A stretch of DNA of 64,000 bases, taken from positions 288,001 to 352,000 of the forward strand of contig CBDASK010000003.1 in assembly GCA_965199495.1 (NCBI GenBank), written 5' to 3'. Made by a program: the position numbers and the translations under genes. Below are positions 31,806 through 42,383 of the stretch, piece by piece (position 1 is the stretch's first letter; each line of letters opens with the position of its first letter). This DNA is from Abditibacterium sp. (GTDB lineage: Bacteria; Armatimonadota; Abditibacteriia; Abditibacteriales; Abditibacteriaceae). The notes beneath the pieces are model-generated. The model was not told where the DNA came from and did no database searches. It saw only the letters and a list, made by a program, of their open reading frames with translations.

Positions 31806-33134
31806 ATGCTTTCTGAATTGCGTTCGATGCGCGCGCGCATGACGGCTTTATTTGCATTATTTGTCGCGTTGCTGATGGCGGTGGCTGGTGGCGCGGTGCA
31901 GCGACACGAAAGTCGGCGCGCGGAAAATCGGGTCAATGAGATATTGGATGTCGCGACGGTGCGCGCGCGCGCCGAAATCGCCAGAGATATGGGGCGCGGC
32001 CAGAAAGATTTGCTGGCCACGGTGCGACGCGACGCGGGCGAGTTGGCGGCGGGCGGCTTGACTTTGATGGTGACGCAGGGCGACGACGTTTTGTGGCAAT
32101 CGCGCCAGCGCGCGCCCAATTGGCCCAGTTTGGACAGCGATTGGCGGGCGCGCACTTTGTCATCGCAGCATCAAACTTTGGTGCTGGCCAGCGATTGGAA
32201 ACCGATTCGCGAAGACCTCAAAGGCACCGCGTTGGCGTTGCTGGCGTTGGGCGTTATTGTGGTGAGTGCCACCGCCGTGGCTGCCTGGTTTGTGGTGGGC
32301 ATCACGCTTTCGCCGCTCGACAAATTGGCGGCACAGGCGCGTTGTTCTTCGACCGAAGGCACCGGATTGGACGTGCGTTTGAGTTCGCCATCGAGCGACG
32401 CCGAGATGATTTATCTCACGCAAACGCTCAACGGTTTGCTGGCGCAGTTGCAGCGCGAAGCGCAGGCGCGCGGACGCTTTTACGCGGCGGCCTCGCACGA
32501 ACTGCGCACGCCGATTCAGGTTTTGCAGGGCCAAATTGACGTGGCGCGCTCGCGACCGCGCTCGATTGAAGCGCACGAGGAAGTTTTGGCCCAACTTCAG
32601 GCCGAATCGGAACGGCTGGCGACGTTAGTTGCCGATTTATTGCAACTCAACTCGCTCGAAATGCGCCAGAGCACGGCGCCCTGCGAATTGGTCAATCTGG
32701 AGTTTTGGGCGGAGCGCGCGCTGAGCCAACAAACGCGGGCCATCGCCGAGCGCGCGTTAAATTTGCAAACCCAATTGCGCGATGTCGAAGTTTTGGCGCC
32801 GCCCTTACATTTGGAAATGTTGCTGCGCAATTTAGTCGAGAACGCCGTCAAATATTGCGCGCCGGGCGGCATCATCGAAATCAGCAGCCACGCCGCGACA
32901 CAAGGCGAGCAACTGCGCCTGTGGAACGAGTGCGATTTGCCCGGCGATGCGCAAATCGAGAACTGGTTCGAGCCGTTCTATCGTCCCGACGCCGCGCGGA
33001 ACTCGCAAACCGGCGGCAACGGTCTGGGCCTTTCCATCGTCGCCGCGCTGGGCCGCGCCAACCACTGGCCCATCGAACTCAAACAACGCGATGGCGGCGT
33101 CGAAGCGACAGTGACTTTTAAGCGCGAAGATTAA
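31806..33134 (+). CDS. Membrane sensor histidine kinase with HAMP domain
   Basis: Two TM segments, ASHELRTP, ENAVKY, GNGLGL. Confidence 0.9.
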   Translation: MLSELRSMRARMTALFALFVALLMAVAGGAVQRHESRRAENRVNEILDVATVRARAEIARDMGRGQKDLLATVRRDAGELAAGGLTLMVTQGDDVLWQSRQRAPNWPSLDSDWRARTLSSQHQTLVLASDWKPIREDLKGTALALLALGVIVVSATAVAAWFVVGITLSPLDKLAAQARCSSTEGTGLDVRLSSPSSDAEMIYLTQTLNGLLAQLQREAQARGRFYAAASHELRTPIQVLQGQIDVARSRPRSIEAHEEVLAQLQAESERLATLVADLLQLNSLEMRQSTAPCELVNLEFWAERALSQQTRAIAERALNLQTQLRDVEVLAPPLHLEMLLRNLVENAVKYCAPGGIIEISSHAATQGEQLRLWNECDLPGDAQIENWFEPFYRPDAARNSQTGGNGLGLSIVAALGRANHWPIELKQRDGGVEATVTFKRED

Positions 33135-33157
33135 GTTGGTCAAATTTTCCAACGCGA

Positions 33158-33835
33158 TTATTTTAGACGTTCGCGCGCCAGACTCACGATATGAGCGACA
33201 ACCTGGTCGCTGTTCATCTCGTCGGTCAGGACGTGAACGGCATCGTGGGCCGCGATTAACGGCGATGATTCGCGGCTCTGGTCGCGCGCGTCGCGTTCGC
33301 GCACATCGCGTAGCGCCGCTTCGAGCGAGGCGCCATCGGCGCCTTTTTCCTGCCACTGCTGCAAGCGACGCCCGGCGCGCGCTTCGTCCGAGGCGGTCAA
33401 AAATATTTTTAGCTCCGCTTCGGGAAAAACCACGGTTTGAATATCGCGGCCTTCCAAAACCGCGCCGCCGACTTCGGTTTCCGCCTGCCGCCCCAATTCG
33501 CGCTGACGAGTAGCCACGCGTTCGCGGAGCGGGCCATTGGCCGCGATTTGCGAGGCCAATGCGCCAACGGCGGGCGCGCTAATGGCATCGGTTAAATCGC
33601 GCTCGTCCGACCAAATTTGCGTGCCGCCTGCGCCAAAACGGAGCGGCAAATCGGCGCCGAGGGCGACGATTGCGCTTTGGTCATCGGGCAAATGGAAACC
33701 GCGTTCGCGCGCGACCAAAGCGATGGCGCGATACATAGCGCCGGTATTGATGTAGGCGAAACGCAGCTCGCGCGCGACGCGCGCGGCGACGGTGGACTTG
33801 CCCGCTCCGGCGGGGCCGTCAATGGCGATAATCAT
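33158..33835 (-). CDS. cmk: Cytidylate kinase
   Basis: IAIDGPAGAGKST, TGAMYR, EGRDI, RDARD..R..SPL. Confidence 0.95.
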   Translation of the reverse strand: MIIAIDGPAGAGKSTVAARVARELRFAYINTGAMYRAIALVARERGFHLPDDQSAIVALGADLPLRFGAGGTQIWSDERDLTDAISAPAVGALASQIAANGPLRERVATRQRELGRQAETEVGGAVLEGRDIQTVVFPEAELKIFLTASDEARAGRRLQQWQEKGADGASLEAALRDVRERDARDQSRESSPLIAAHDAVHVLTDEMNSDQVVAHIVSLARERLK

Positions 33836-33912
33836 AATTGCGCCGCAGAGTTTAAAAGGTCGAGTGCGTTATCGTGAATAGAAAGGCCAAAATGCGCTAA
33901 AATATTTGGCTC

Positions 33913-34947
33913 ATGAGTTCCCCTAATGCGCCTTTGCGCGTGCTCCAAATCGGTTGCGGCGGCATCACCGGCGCGTGGATTCCACCCGCACTGGCCAACC
34001 CCGACATCGAAATCGTCGGGTTGTGCGATCTGTTTCCCGAAGCCGCCGTCAAACTGCGCGATAAATACGAACTGCCCGCCGAAACCCCGATTTTCGGCGA
34101 CGCCCAAACCGCGTTGCAAGAACTCAAACCCGACGCGATTTTCGATTGCACGATTCCCGACGCGCACACCTCCAACGCACTGCTCGCCTTCCAAAATGGC
34201 GCGCACGTTTTAAGCGAAAAGCCTTTGTCCGACACGCTCGAAAACGCGCGGCGCGCCCTTGACGCGGCGCGAGACAACGGTTTGATTTACGCGGTTACGC
34301 AACAATATCGCTACGCCAACGGCCCGCGCCGCTTAAAAGCGTTTCTGCAAAGCGGCGCGATTGGCGCGGTGACAACCGTGAATGCCGATATGTATTTGGG
34401 CGCGCACTTCGGCGGTTTCCGCGACGAGATGCAGCACGTTTTGCTGCTCGATATGGCGATTCACACTTTCGATATGACGCGCTTTCTGAGCGGCGCCAAC
34501 GCGCAGAGCGTGTTTTGTCACGAGTGGAATCCGCGCGGCAGTTGGTATAGCCACGGAGCCTCGGCCTCAGCGATTTTCGAGATGGACGAAAGCATCGTCG
34601 CCAATTTCCGGGGCAGTTGGTGCGCGACCGGTTTGCCGACAGGTTTTGAATCGAACTGGCGCATCATCGGCGAAAAGGGCACGGTTTTGTGGGACGGCAA
34701 AGAAGATTTTCAGTGCGAAATCGAAGACGGCGACGAAGGTTTCATGCGCCCGGTCAAAACAGTCGAAGTGCAGGTCGGCGATTTCGGTGCCAAAGCCGAA
34801 GGTCACGGCGGCATCATGCGCGAGTTCGTCGCAGCGATTCGCGGCGGCGCGGCGCCCGAAACCAACGCGGCGGATAATTACAATTCGCTGGCGATGGTTT
34901 TGGGCGCCGTCGAAAGCTCGGATTCGGGATTGCGCGTCAATTTGTAG
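33913..34947 (+). CDS. Gfo/Idh/MocA oxidoreductase
   Basis: IGCG, SEKP, DMAIHTFD. Confidence 0.9.
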   Translation: MSSPNAPLRVLQIGCGGITGAWIPPALANPDIEIVGLCDLFPEAAVKLRDKYELPAETPIFGDAQTALQELKPDAIFDCTIPDAHTSNALLAFQNGAHVLSEKPLSDTLENARRALDAARDNGLIYAVTQQYRYANGPRRLKAFLQSGAIGAVTTVNADMYLGAHFGGFRDEMQHVLLLDMAIHTFDMTRFLSGANAQSVFCHEWNPRGSWYSHGASASAIFEMDESIVANFRGSWCATGLPTGFESNWRIIGEKGTVLWDGKEDFQCEIEDGDEGFMRPVKTVEVQVGDFGAKAEGHGGIMREFVAAIRGGAAPETNAADNYNSLAMVLGAVESSDSGLRVNL

Positions 34948-35338
34948 AAGCTGGAGCGGGAATTTGCGCCAGAGTTTGGTAATCTCCAGTTTGTTGTTTC
35001 ATAGTCGCGCGCACGCGGAGCGGCCACGAAACGCCGTCGCTCACCAAAGCATCCAAAGCTATAGGCTGTTTGACGTTCCACCAACCGCCACGCGGATCGC
35101 CAAAAGGAGCGAAATCAAATATCGCCTCGTTTGCGGGCAAATTGGGATAGTTGTTGCGAAAAATATAAGACCAACCGTCCATTGGGCGCGTTTTGCCATT
35201 TTTGTCCACAAAAACGATTTCCTTTCCCTTGCTATCGCGCAACGAATAAGAAAAAACCCGCAAATTGTTCCAATCGCGCTTTTGTCCGTCGCGCGTGCGC
35301 AAACGCACCAAACAATAATTAATATTGGGCTTGTAATA

Positions 35339-36261
35339 TAGCTTATCCTGAAGAAGATGCTACACTGCTTGGAATGCGAGCGACTTATAGTCAAGACCTT
35401 CGTTTGTGCGTGCTTGGGGCATTGGACAGCGGGCAGAACAAGATGAGCGTTCAAGTGAGCCGCACCACCATTGACCGCTGGTTAGCTTTACGAGAGAGCC
35501 AAGGCCATGTGCAACCCAAAAAGCGGCGGGGCAAAACTCCCGTGATCTGTGACATGGCCGTCTTTGAAGCCTTCGCCACGCGCCATCGGGGAGCGACTTT
35601 GGAGCAGATGGCCCAGGCGTGGCAACAAGAAACGGGAGTGCGCCTGAGCCGCAACACCTTTTCTGTGGCGCTGCGTCGTTTGGGCTGGACGCGTAAAAAA
35701 AGAGTTTCCTCTACCAAGAACGCGACGCCGCCAAGCGCGCCCTCTTTGTAAGTCAACTCCAGACTATTGCGCCTCACAACCGAGTCTATATCGACCAAGC
35801 GGGCATTGAGGACACCTGGTGTTTGCCTTGGGGCTGGAGCCGCAAAGGAGAGCGTTGCCCCGCAGAGAAGTTGGGGCACGCCACACAACGCATCTCGATG
35901 CAGGCGGCTTGGTGTTGTGGTGTGTTGTTTTCGCCTCACACTTTCACCGGCACCTGCAACGCCGACGTGGTGGAGGCGTGGTTCGAGCAGCAACTGATCC
36001 ATGACTTGCGACCGGGGCAAACAGTAATTCTGGATAACGCCTCCTTCCACCGCGAGAGCGTGTTGCGCCCTCTGCTGGAAAGCGTGGGGTGCTTTCTGCT
36101 CTTTTTACCGCCTTACTCCCCTGACCTCAACCTCATCGAACCCCAATGGCAACGCCTCAAAACTAAGATCGCACTCGACTCCAAGCCTTACCTCTCCTTC
36201 CACCTCAAAGTCGATGCCGCGTTCAATTAAATTGTTGTAGCATCTTCTTCAGGATAAGCTA
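35339..36261 (+). mobile_element. IS630-family insertion sequence (923 bp)
   Basis: Perfect 26-bp TIR TAGCTTATCCTGAAGAAGATGCTACA; TA duplication at 35337-38 and 36262-63. Confidence 0.95.
35374..36230 (+). CDS. IS630 transposase, two ORFs joined by a -1 frameshift
   Basis: HTH ORF ending LGWTRKK at A7G (35695-35702); -1 frame gives YIDQAG, ILDNASFH and LPPYSPDLNLIE (DDE triad). Confidence 0.88.
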
Positions 36262-37008
36262 TAGCAACTGGCGGCGACAAATTCCAAATCTGGCACGCGC
36301 GCAACGTGGGGATGAGGCGTTGGTTGCCCAGAACCTTTGATTAAAAGATCGAACGGTTTTGAACGCAGATTGACCCAATGCCTTTTGCCCGCGCTGCGAA
36401 ATTGGGGTGGCAATTTCGTGCCGGGCGGCAAAACGCCGGCATAATCCAACGACGATTCAATGTGTCCGCGCAATCGCACTTCTTCGGCGTCGGGCGGCAC
36501 TCTTTCCAGATTAACTTTGAGAGTCAAACCTTCGTCCGAAGCCGCATTGCGTATAGTTGCCAACCTTTGGAATCAACTTTGGGTGTTGTCTTCCAAACGG
36601 TGCCTTTGCGATAGACCAACTGCACTTGACCAAAAGGGCCACTGGCTCCGACGCTCTGGAGATTTGTGGGAGCATCCAATTTCCCGCGCTTTTGCACGGA
36701 AGTTTTAGTAGCCCAATCGAATCCTTCGTAAACGTCAGCAGGAGATAATTCGACCGTTTCAAATTCCGAAAATTCCAGCCGCGCTGGCCCGTTATCGAAC
36801 CGCGCGGGCAAGAGCGAACGCCCTTGGCCCGCAAGCAGCCACGCCGTGCCGCCGATGAAAATCAGGGGCAAAGAAATCAACGCGATTTCGCGCATGAATT
36901 TGCGTTTCATTTATCACAGTATGGCAAACGCGCAAGGCTCGCCAAAGTGAGACGCGGCGTGCCGATAAGGCTCTAACATCTTTCGTCGCTCCATCTCACT
37001 TCCGTTAA

Positions 37009-39018
37009 ATGCCCCATTTTTCTCGACGCGCTTTTCTACTGAGCGCGAGTTTGTTTTCTCTTGTTCTCGCCGGTTGCGGCGGCGGTGGCTCCGGCACGGG
37101 CGGTTCTTCCAATCCCGGCGCCAACGGCCCCGCCGCGCCCGCGCTCACTTCGATTCCGCGCGTCATCAGCGACGATTTCACGCTCAGCCCCCTCTTTACC
37201 AACGGCGCGGTTTTGCAGCGCGACCGTCCGATTCCCGTCTGGGGCAGCGCCGCGCCCGGCGAAAATATTACGGTCGAATTGGCCGGGCACACGGCGCAAA
37301 CCGTCGCAGGGAGCGACGGGCGTTGGACGGCGAATTTAGCGGCGTTGGGCGCGGGCGGGCCTTATGTTTTGAACGCCAAAACGGCGGGCGGACAAACCTT
37401 GACGCGCAACGATATTTTGCTGGGAGATGTCTGGCTGTGCAGTGGCCAATCGAACATGGAAATGAGCTTCGAGTGGAATGTGAAAAACAAATTTGCCGAA
37501 GTCGCCGCCGCTAATTATCCCAACATCCGTTTGCTCGAATTGCCGCAGAAATCTGGATGGTCGCCGCAAACCTCGTTCGACGCGAGTTGGCAGGTTTGTC
37601 GGCCCGATACGGTGCGACCGTTTTCGGCGGCGGCCTATTTCTTCGGGCGCGAACTGAACCAAAAAACCGGCGTGCCCATCGGTTTAATTGACGCCGCGTG
37701 GGCCTCGACGCCCGCGCAATCTTGGGTTTCGGCGGGCGGGCTGCAACCATTGGGCGAGTTTCGTTCGCCGATTGCGCAAAACCCCGAAACCAGTTTTTTG
37801 GATCGGCTCAATCGCTGGTGGCGCGATAATGATGCGGGCACGCGCGAAGATTGGAGCCGCGCGAGTTTCGATGACAGCACTTGGAAAACGGCGGCGTTGC
37901 CCAATAGTTGGAGCGCGGCGGGCATTACCGAACCGGTCGGCGTGGTGTGGTTGCGCCTGACGGTGAATGTGCCCGATGCGGCGGCGGGCCGCGATTTGAA
38001 ATGGCGCGCGGGCACAATCGGCGGCGCCGATACGGCGTTTTGGAACGGCAGTTTGGTTGGACAAAACGTCGAACGCGGCAAGGCGCGTAATTATATTATT
38101 CCGGGCGCCCTCGTCAAAGCTGGGCCAAACCAACTGGCGCTACGCGTGGCCGACAACGGAAGCGGCGGCATCGGCGGCAATTTGAATTTGACAAGTGCCG
38201 ATGGAAGCGGCGCGCCGATTGTGCTGAACGGCATCTGGAAATATCGCGTCACGATGGCGCCCGATAAATCCGCCACGATGCCAACTCTGGGTTCAGTTGG
38301 CACGCCAGCCAGTAACAATCCGACAATCGCTTTCAACGGTTTGATTGCGCCCCTCCAACCGATGGGATTGAAGGGAGTCTTCTGGTATCAGGGCGAGGCT
38401 AACAAAGACAAAGCGAGCGGTTATCCGGCTTTGCTGACGGCGTTAATTGGCGATTGGCGCGCTGGTTTTAACAATCCCGATTTGCCGTTTATCATCGCGC
38501 AGTTGGCAAGTTATGGTGCGCCCGACGACAACCCGACCGACGGCGATTGGGCGAATTTGCAATGGGCGCAAAACCGCGTCGCGGCCAACGTGCCGAATAC
38601 GAGTTTGGTCGTGCTTAACGACATCGGCGAAGTCGCGGAACTGCATCCGGCCAACAAACAAGATGTCGGCAAACGCGCGGCGTTGTGGGCGCTCAAAAAT
38701 CAATGCGGGCAAAACGTGGTGGCGAGCGGCCCGGTTTTGCAGCGATTCGCGGCGCAAAACAACGAACTGCGCCTGACCTTTATCAATGCCGATGGCGGAT
38801 TGAGATTGGACGGCGACAGCAGCCACGTCTTCGCCGTGGCTGGTGTTAACGGCCAGTTCGTGTGGGCGACGCCGCGCATCGAAGCCAGCGAAATCGTGTT
38901 GAGCGCGCCGGGCGTGAATAATCCCAAAAACGCGCGTTTCGCATGGTCGGGCACGCCGCGCGCGACGCTGTATAACGGTGCGAATTTGCCCGCGAGTTTA
39001 TTCGCGACGGATAAATGA
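37009..39018 (+). CDS. Sialate O-acetylesterase family Tat lipoprotein with inserted jelly-roll domain
   Basis: SRRAFL twin-arginine motif, LAGC lipobox, GDVWLCSGQSNM, WYQGEAN, LHPANK. Confidence 0.88.
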   Translation: MPHFSRRAFLLSASLFSLVLAGCGGGGSGTGGSSNPGANGPAAPALTSIPRVISDDFTLSPLFTNGAVLQRDRPIPVWGSAAPGENITVELAGHTAQTVAGSDGRWTANLAALGAGGPYVLNAKTAGGQTLTRNDILLGDVWLCSGQSNMEMSFEWNVKNKFAEVAAANYPNIRLLELPQKSGWSPQTSFDASWQVCRPDTVRPFSAAAYFFGRELNQKTGVPIGLIDAAWASTPAQSWVSAGGLQPLGEFRSPIAQNPETSFLDRLNRWWRDNDAGTREDWSRASFDDSTWKTAALPNSWSAAGITEPVGVVWLRLTVNVPDAAAGRDLKWRAGTIGGADTAFWNGSLVGQNVERGKARNYIIPGALVKAGPNQLALRVADNGSGGIGGNLNLTSADGSGAPIVLNGIWKYRVTMAPDKSATMPTLGSVGTPASNNPTIAFNGLIAPLQPMGLKGVFWYQGEANKDKASGYPALLTALIGDWRAGFNNPDLPFIIAQLASYGAPDDNPTDGDWANLQWAQNRVAANVPNTSLVVLNDIGEVAELHPANKQDVGKRAALWALKNQCGQNVVASGPVLQRFAAQNNELRLTFINADGGLRLDGDSSHVFAVAGVNGQFVWATPRIEASEIVLSAPGVNNPKNARFAWSGTPRATLYNGANLPASLFATDK

Positions 39019-39037
39019 TTTTCGTAACATCAATAAC

Positions 39038-39105
39038 AATAGGGCTTGCGCGGCAAGCCCCTACCGTTCCCGCGAATATGTAGGGGCTTGCCGCGCAAGC
39101 CTATT
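39038..39105. repeat. GTAG-type REP doublet with GTAG ends facing inward
   Basis: GGCTTGCGCGGCAAGCCCCTAC ... GTAGGGGCTTGCCGCGCAAGCC. Confidence 0.8.
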
Positions 39106-39130
39106 TGGTGAGCTTTATTCACCGGCAAAA

Positions 39131-39159
39131 TTGACTTAGTGCGCCGATTCGTTTACAAT
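39131..39159 (+). promoter_or_regulatory. sigma70 promoter TTGACT-N17-TACAAT
   Basis: Near-consensus boxes upstream of the IMPDH-family gene. Confidence 0.7.
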
Positions 39160-39230
39160 CTTTCAAAATCAACGGCGGCAAAGCGCGGTCATAAGCCTTT
39201 AGACTGCCTTTCCCCTGCGGAGAATTTTAT

Positions 39231-40382
39231 ATGTTAATTGGTGGCAAACGTGAGGCGCGCCGCGCCTATGGACTTGACGAACTGGCTCTGGCGCCGGGAA
39301 CCGTCAACATTGACCCGGACGATATTTCAATCGGCCTGAACATTGGCGACTTAGAATTTCAGATTCCGTTTCTGGCGAGCGCGATGGATGGCGCCGTTGA
39401 TCCGCGCGTCGCCATCGAACTAACGCGATTGGGTGGCTTAGCCGTGATGAACGGTGAAGGCTTGCAAACGCGCTACGAAAATCCCGACGAAATCATCGCG
39501 CAACTCATCGCCGAACCCGTCGAAACGGTCGTGCCGCTGATTCAAAAACTCTACCGCGAAAGCGTCAAACCCGAACTGATTGCCAAGCGCGTCGAACAGA
39601 TTAAAGCGGGCGGCGGAACGGCGGTTTTGAGCTTCACGCCCTTTGGCGCGCGCAACGCGCACATCGCTATCGAAGCGGGCGCCGACGCGGTTTGCATCGC
39701 GACGACCGTGACGACGACCGAATTTCGGTCGAGCAAAGGTGCGTCCATTGATCTGGAACGCTTCTGCAAGGAAGTCAAAGTGCCGGTGATTATCGGCAAC
39801 GCGGTCGGTTATCAGGGCGTGAAGAACTTGCTCGAAGCTGGCGCCGATTGCGTTTTGGTCGGCGTCGGGCCGGGCGCCGCTTGCACGACGCGCCGCGTTT
39901 TGGGTCTGGGCGTGCCACAAGCCACGGCGATTGCCGACAGCGCGCACGCGCGCGACGATTACTTCGAGGAAACCGGTCGTTATGTGCCGATCATCGCCGA
40001 CGGCGGTTTACGCACGGGTGGCGACGTTTGTAAGGCGATTGCGTGCGGCGCCGACGGCGTGATGATGGGCCAACCCATCGCCAGTTCGCTGGAAGCGCCG
40101 GGGCACGGCCATCACTGGGGCATGGCGACGAGTTCGGCCAGTCTGCCGCGTGGCACTCGCGTCAAAGTCGGCCAAAAAGCGAGTTTGGAACAGATTCTGT
40201 TTGGCCCGGCCACGACCGACAACGGCACGCTGAATTTCGTCGGCGCGCTGAAGTTGGGCATGGGTTCGGTCGGTGCGCAGAACATCCGCGAGATGCAGCG
40301 TGTCGAAATCATGATCGCGCCGACGTTGGCGACCGAAGGCAAAAAGGATCAATTCGCGCAGCACGTCGGTCAGGGCAACTAA
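39231..40382 (+). CDS. GuaB3-type IMP dehydrogenase family protein (no CBS domains)
   Basis: [36 protein letters not shown]; near guaA. Confidence 0.88.
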   Translation: MLIGGKREARRAYGLDELALAPGTVNIDPDDISIGLNIGDLEFQIPFLASAMDGAVDPRVAIELTRLGGLAVMNGEGLQTRYENPDEIIAQLIAEPVETVVPLIQKLYRESVKPELIAKRVEQIKAGGGTAVLSFTPFGARNAHIAIEAGADAVCIATTVTTTEFRSSKGASIDLERFCKEVKVPVIIGNAVGYQGVKNLLEAGADCVLVGVGPGAACTTRRVLGLGVPQATAIADSAHARDDYFEETGRYVPIIADGGLRTGGDVCKAIACGADGVMMGQPIASSLEAPGHGHHWGMATSSASLPRGTRVKVGQKASLEQILFGPATTDNGTLNFVGALKLGMGSVGAQNIREMQRVEIMIAPTLATEGKKDQFAQHVGQGN

Positions 40383-40681
40383 ATTTGGGCAATTTCAGAG
40401 AATGGCAGATGACGTTGCGCGTCGTCTGCCATTTTTAATTACAATCGGGTTATTCGCAAATAGGCCGACAGTTTTCCTGTCGTCCCAAAGTGAAGGACAT
40501 TTGCGCGCGAAAATGTGGCATGCTTTTGGAGAATCCATTATTGAGGCTTTGCACCTAACTTCTGCTGCCGGGCGGCGTGGCTGATGTTGTCAGAGAACAA
40601 AATTGATTGGCGCAATACATTGGACGGAGCAACTCAATTACTATAAATTATAAGGTGAATTTTAGTTCATAGGAGGCCGAT

Positions 40682-41863
40682 GTGAAAATTGGAATTGTAT
40701 TGGGATTGCTGGGCGTTTTGATGGGTTCAGCGCGGGTCGCGCACGCTCAATTTGGTGGTGCGCGGGGCATGGCGCGTGGCGGGCAGAACACGCAGGAACT
40801 GACAGTTCCAATAGATGTGGTATTTTTGGTGGACGGCTCCGGCTCGATGACGGGATATCTGGAGCAAACCAAGGGCTTGATTCAGTCTTTGGCGCGCAAT
40901 TGGAAAATTCCCCAAGGGAATATCAAAACCGATTTACGCGTTGGTCTAATTCAATACGGTAACGGCGATGAAACTTATAATGTCGTGCCGATGACGCGTG
41001 ATTCCGAGAGGCTTTTGGCCCAGATGCAGGAGATGCAAGCCGATATCGGCGGCTCCGAACTTGTGGGGCGCGTCATTCAATTGGCGCAACAAAAGATGGA
41101 TTGGCGAGATGGCGATGTTTTCCGAACGATCTACGTTTTGGGTAACGAAACCACCGACCAAGGCGAGGTTTCTTTCCGCGACAGCACGACACAAGCTCTA
41201 AATAGTGGCATCGCCGTCAACGCCGTTCAGTGCGAATATGTGGATATAGACGCCGAAGATGAAGAGGGGCCGAATTTTGCGCACTCTCGAAGTGCCTGGG
41301 GCGGCACCGAAACATGGTTGGAAATGGCAAAGCTGGGGCACGGAGATTATTTTCACTATCGCTTTAACAGCAACGCTGATTTCGATGGCGCAAAACAGGC
41401 GGCCTATTCGCGCCAGTTCGACCAATTTCGCAAGGACGAATTGAAGGAGCGCCGCATAGACGAATGGATCAATGCGCGCATGGGCGTCGGTTTAGCTCTG
41501 CTGCGCGCCACCTACATTCCTCAGACAAATGAAAATTCTCTGGCGCGTGTGGGCTATCGAATGATGTCGAAAATCAACCGATCTTTGGGAGGAGCGCCAC
41601 CTTTTGGAGTCGCCAACAATACATTGGAAAAATCGCTTAAGGAGGCCTTTTCCGGTCAATATGATAGCGATTTGGTGGGGCTAAGTCTCAAAAACGGCTT
41701 CAATTTCAACGCGCTTTCCGACGCCGACTTTCCGATGGAGATGCGAATCATGAGTTGGCCAGAGCGCCAATCTTATCTGGCCGAACTGGGGTCTCAGCGC
41801 CAGCAAATCCTCTCGCAACTCGCTGGATTGCAGCAACAGCGATTGTATTTAAAAACACATTAA
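40682..41863 (+). CDS. Exported von Willebrand factor A domain protein
   Basis: Signal peptide, DVVFLVDGSGSM MIDAS motif, GNE; GGAGG RBS. Confidence 0.8.
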   Translation: MKIGIVLGLLGVLMGSARVAHAQFGGARGMARGGQNTQELTVPIDVVFLVDGSGSMTGYLEQTKGLIQSLARNWKIPQGNIKTDLRVGLIQYGNGDETYNVVPMTRDSERLLAQMQEMQADIGGSELVGRVIQLAQQKMDWRDGDVFRTIYVLGNETTDQGEVSFRDSTTQALNSGIAVNAVQCEYVDIDAEDEEGPNFAHSRSAWGGTETWLEMAKLGHGDYFHYRFNSNADFDGAKQAAYSRQFDQFRKDELKERRIDEWINARMGVGLALLRATYIPQTNENSLARVGYRMMSKINRSLGGAPPFGVANNTLEKSLKEAFSGQYDSDLVGLSLKNGFNFNALSDADFPMEMRIMSWPERQSYLAELGSQRQQILSQLAGLQQQRLYLKTH

Positions 41864-41985
41864 TCAACGGCGTTTTTACTTTTGTGCGTTCGTCAAACGG
41901 CGGATAACTTTCCGTTATCCGCCGTTTTCGTTCACGAACTCGATGCCGTTCACGCGGTGGGCGTTTGCGACATAAGATTTATTCG

Positions 41986-42240
41986 ATGAACTGCCCGCCC
42001 AAAATCGAACCGGTTCTCTGCCGCGTTTTGCGGATTGGAATACTTAATGCCCGCGTCTGCATCTGGCAAAACAACGCAAAAACGGCGACTTTGGAAGCAG
42101 ATCATGTTCATAATTTGCTCGCGTTGTTATGCGATTTTTCGCAACGTAAGCTCGAACATTACTGGAGAATTGAGCGACTTTATTACCTTGGAAAGCGCCT
42201 TAAATTTAGCAATCGCGTGCTTCCATTCGAGGGCTTGTAG
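41986..42240 (+). CDS. Small hypothetical protein, possibly truncated by TAG (frame stays open to 42300)
   Basis: MNCPPKIEP...EADHVHNL...YWRIER. Confidence 0.5.
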   Translation: MNCPPKIEPVLCRVLRIGILNARVCIWQNNAKTATLEADHVHNLLALLCDFSQRKLEHYWRIERLYYLGKRLKFSNRVLPFEGL

Positions 42241-42383
42241 GCGCAATTGGAAAGCGCCGCGCCCTATTTAAACGAAAGTGAAACGAACGAAATCAAATAA
42301 CATCATTTAGAAGGAAAAAGAGTTAACCCAAACTTTATCCGCGCTTGTTCGAGAAATTCGGGTAAACCTTATCCACCATTTGA

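Larger units (their letters stand above)
34937..36910 (-). pseudogene. Membrane-anchored hypothetical gene disrupted by IS630 and by a probable frameshift near 36530-36570
   Basis: Removing the IS and one TA joins ...FVAASCY to YKPNINYCLVRLRTRDGQ... in frame. The 5' part (36524-36910) is in another frame. Confidence 0.7.

Noticed and set aside
39165..39230. Purine riboswitch in the IMPDH leader
   Set aside because: Only a weak stem; conserved purine-aptamer nucleotides not recognisable
40516..40532. TGGCATGCTTTTGG before the VWA gene as a sigma54 site
   Set aside because: The -12 GC dinucleotide is absent
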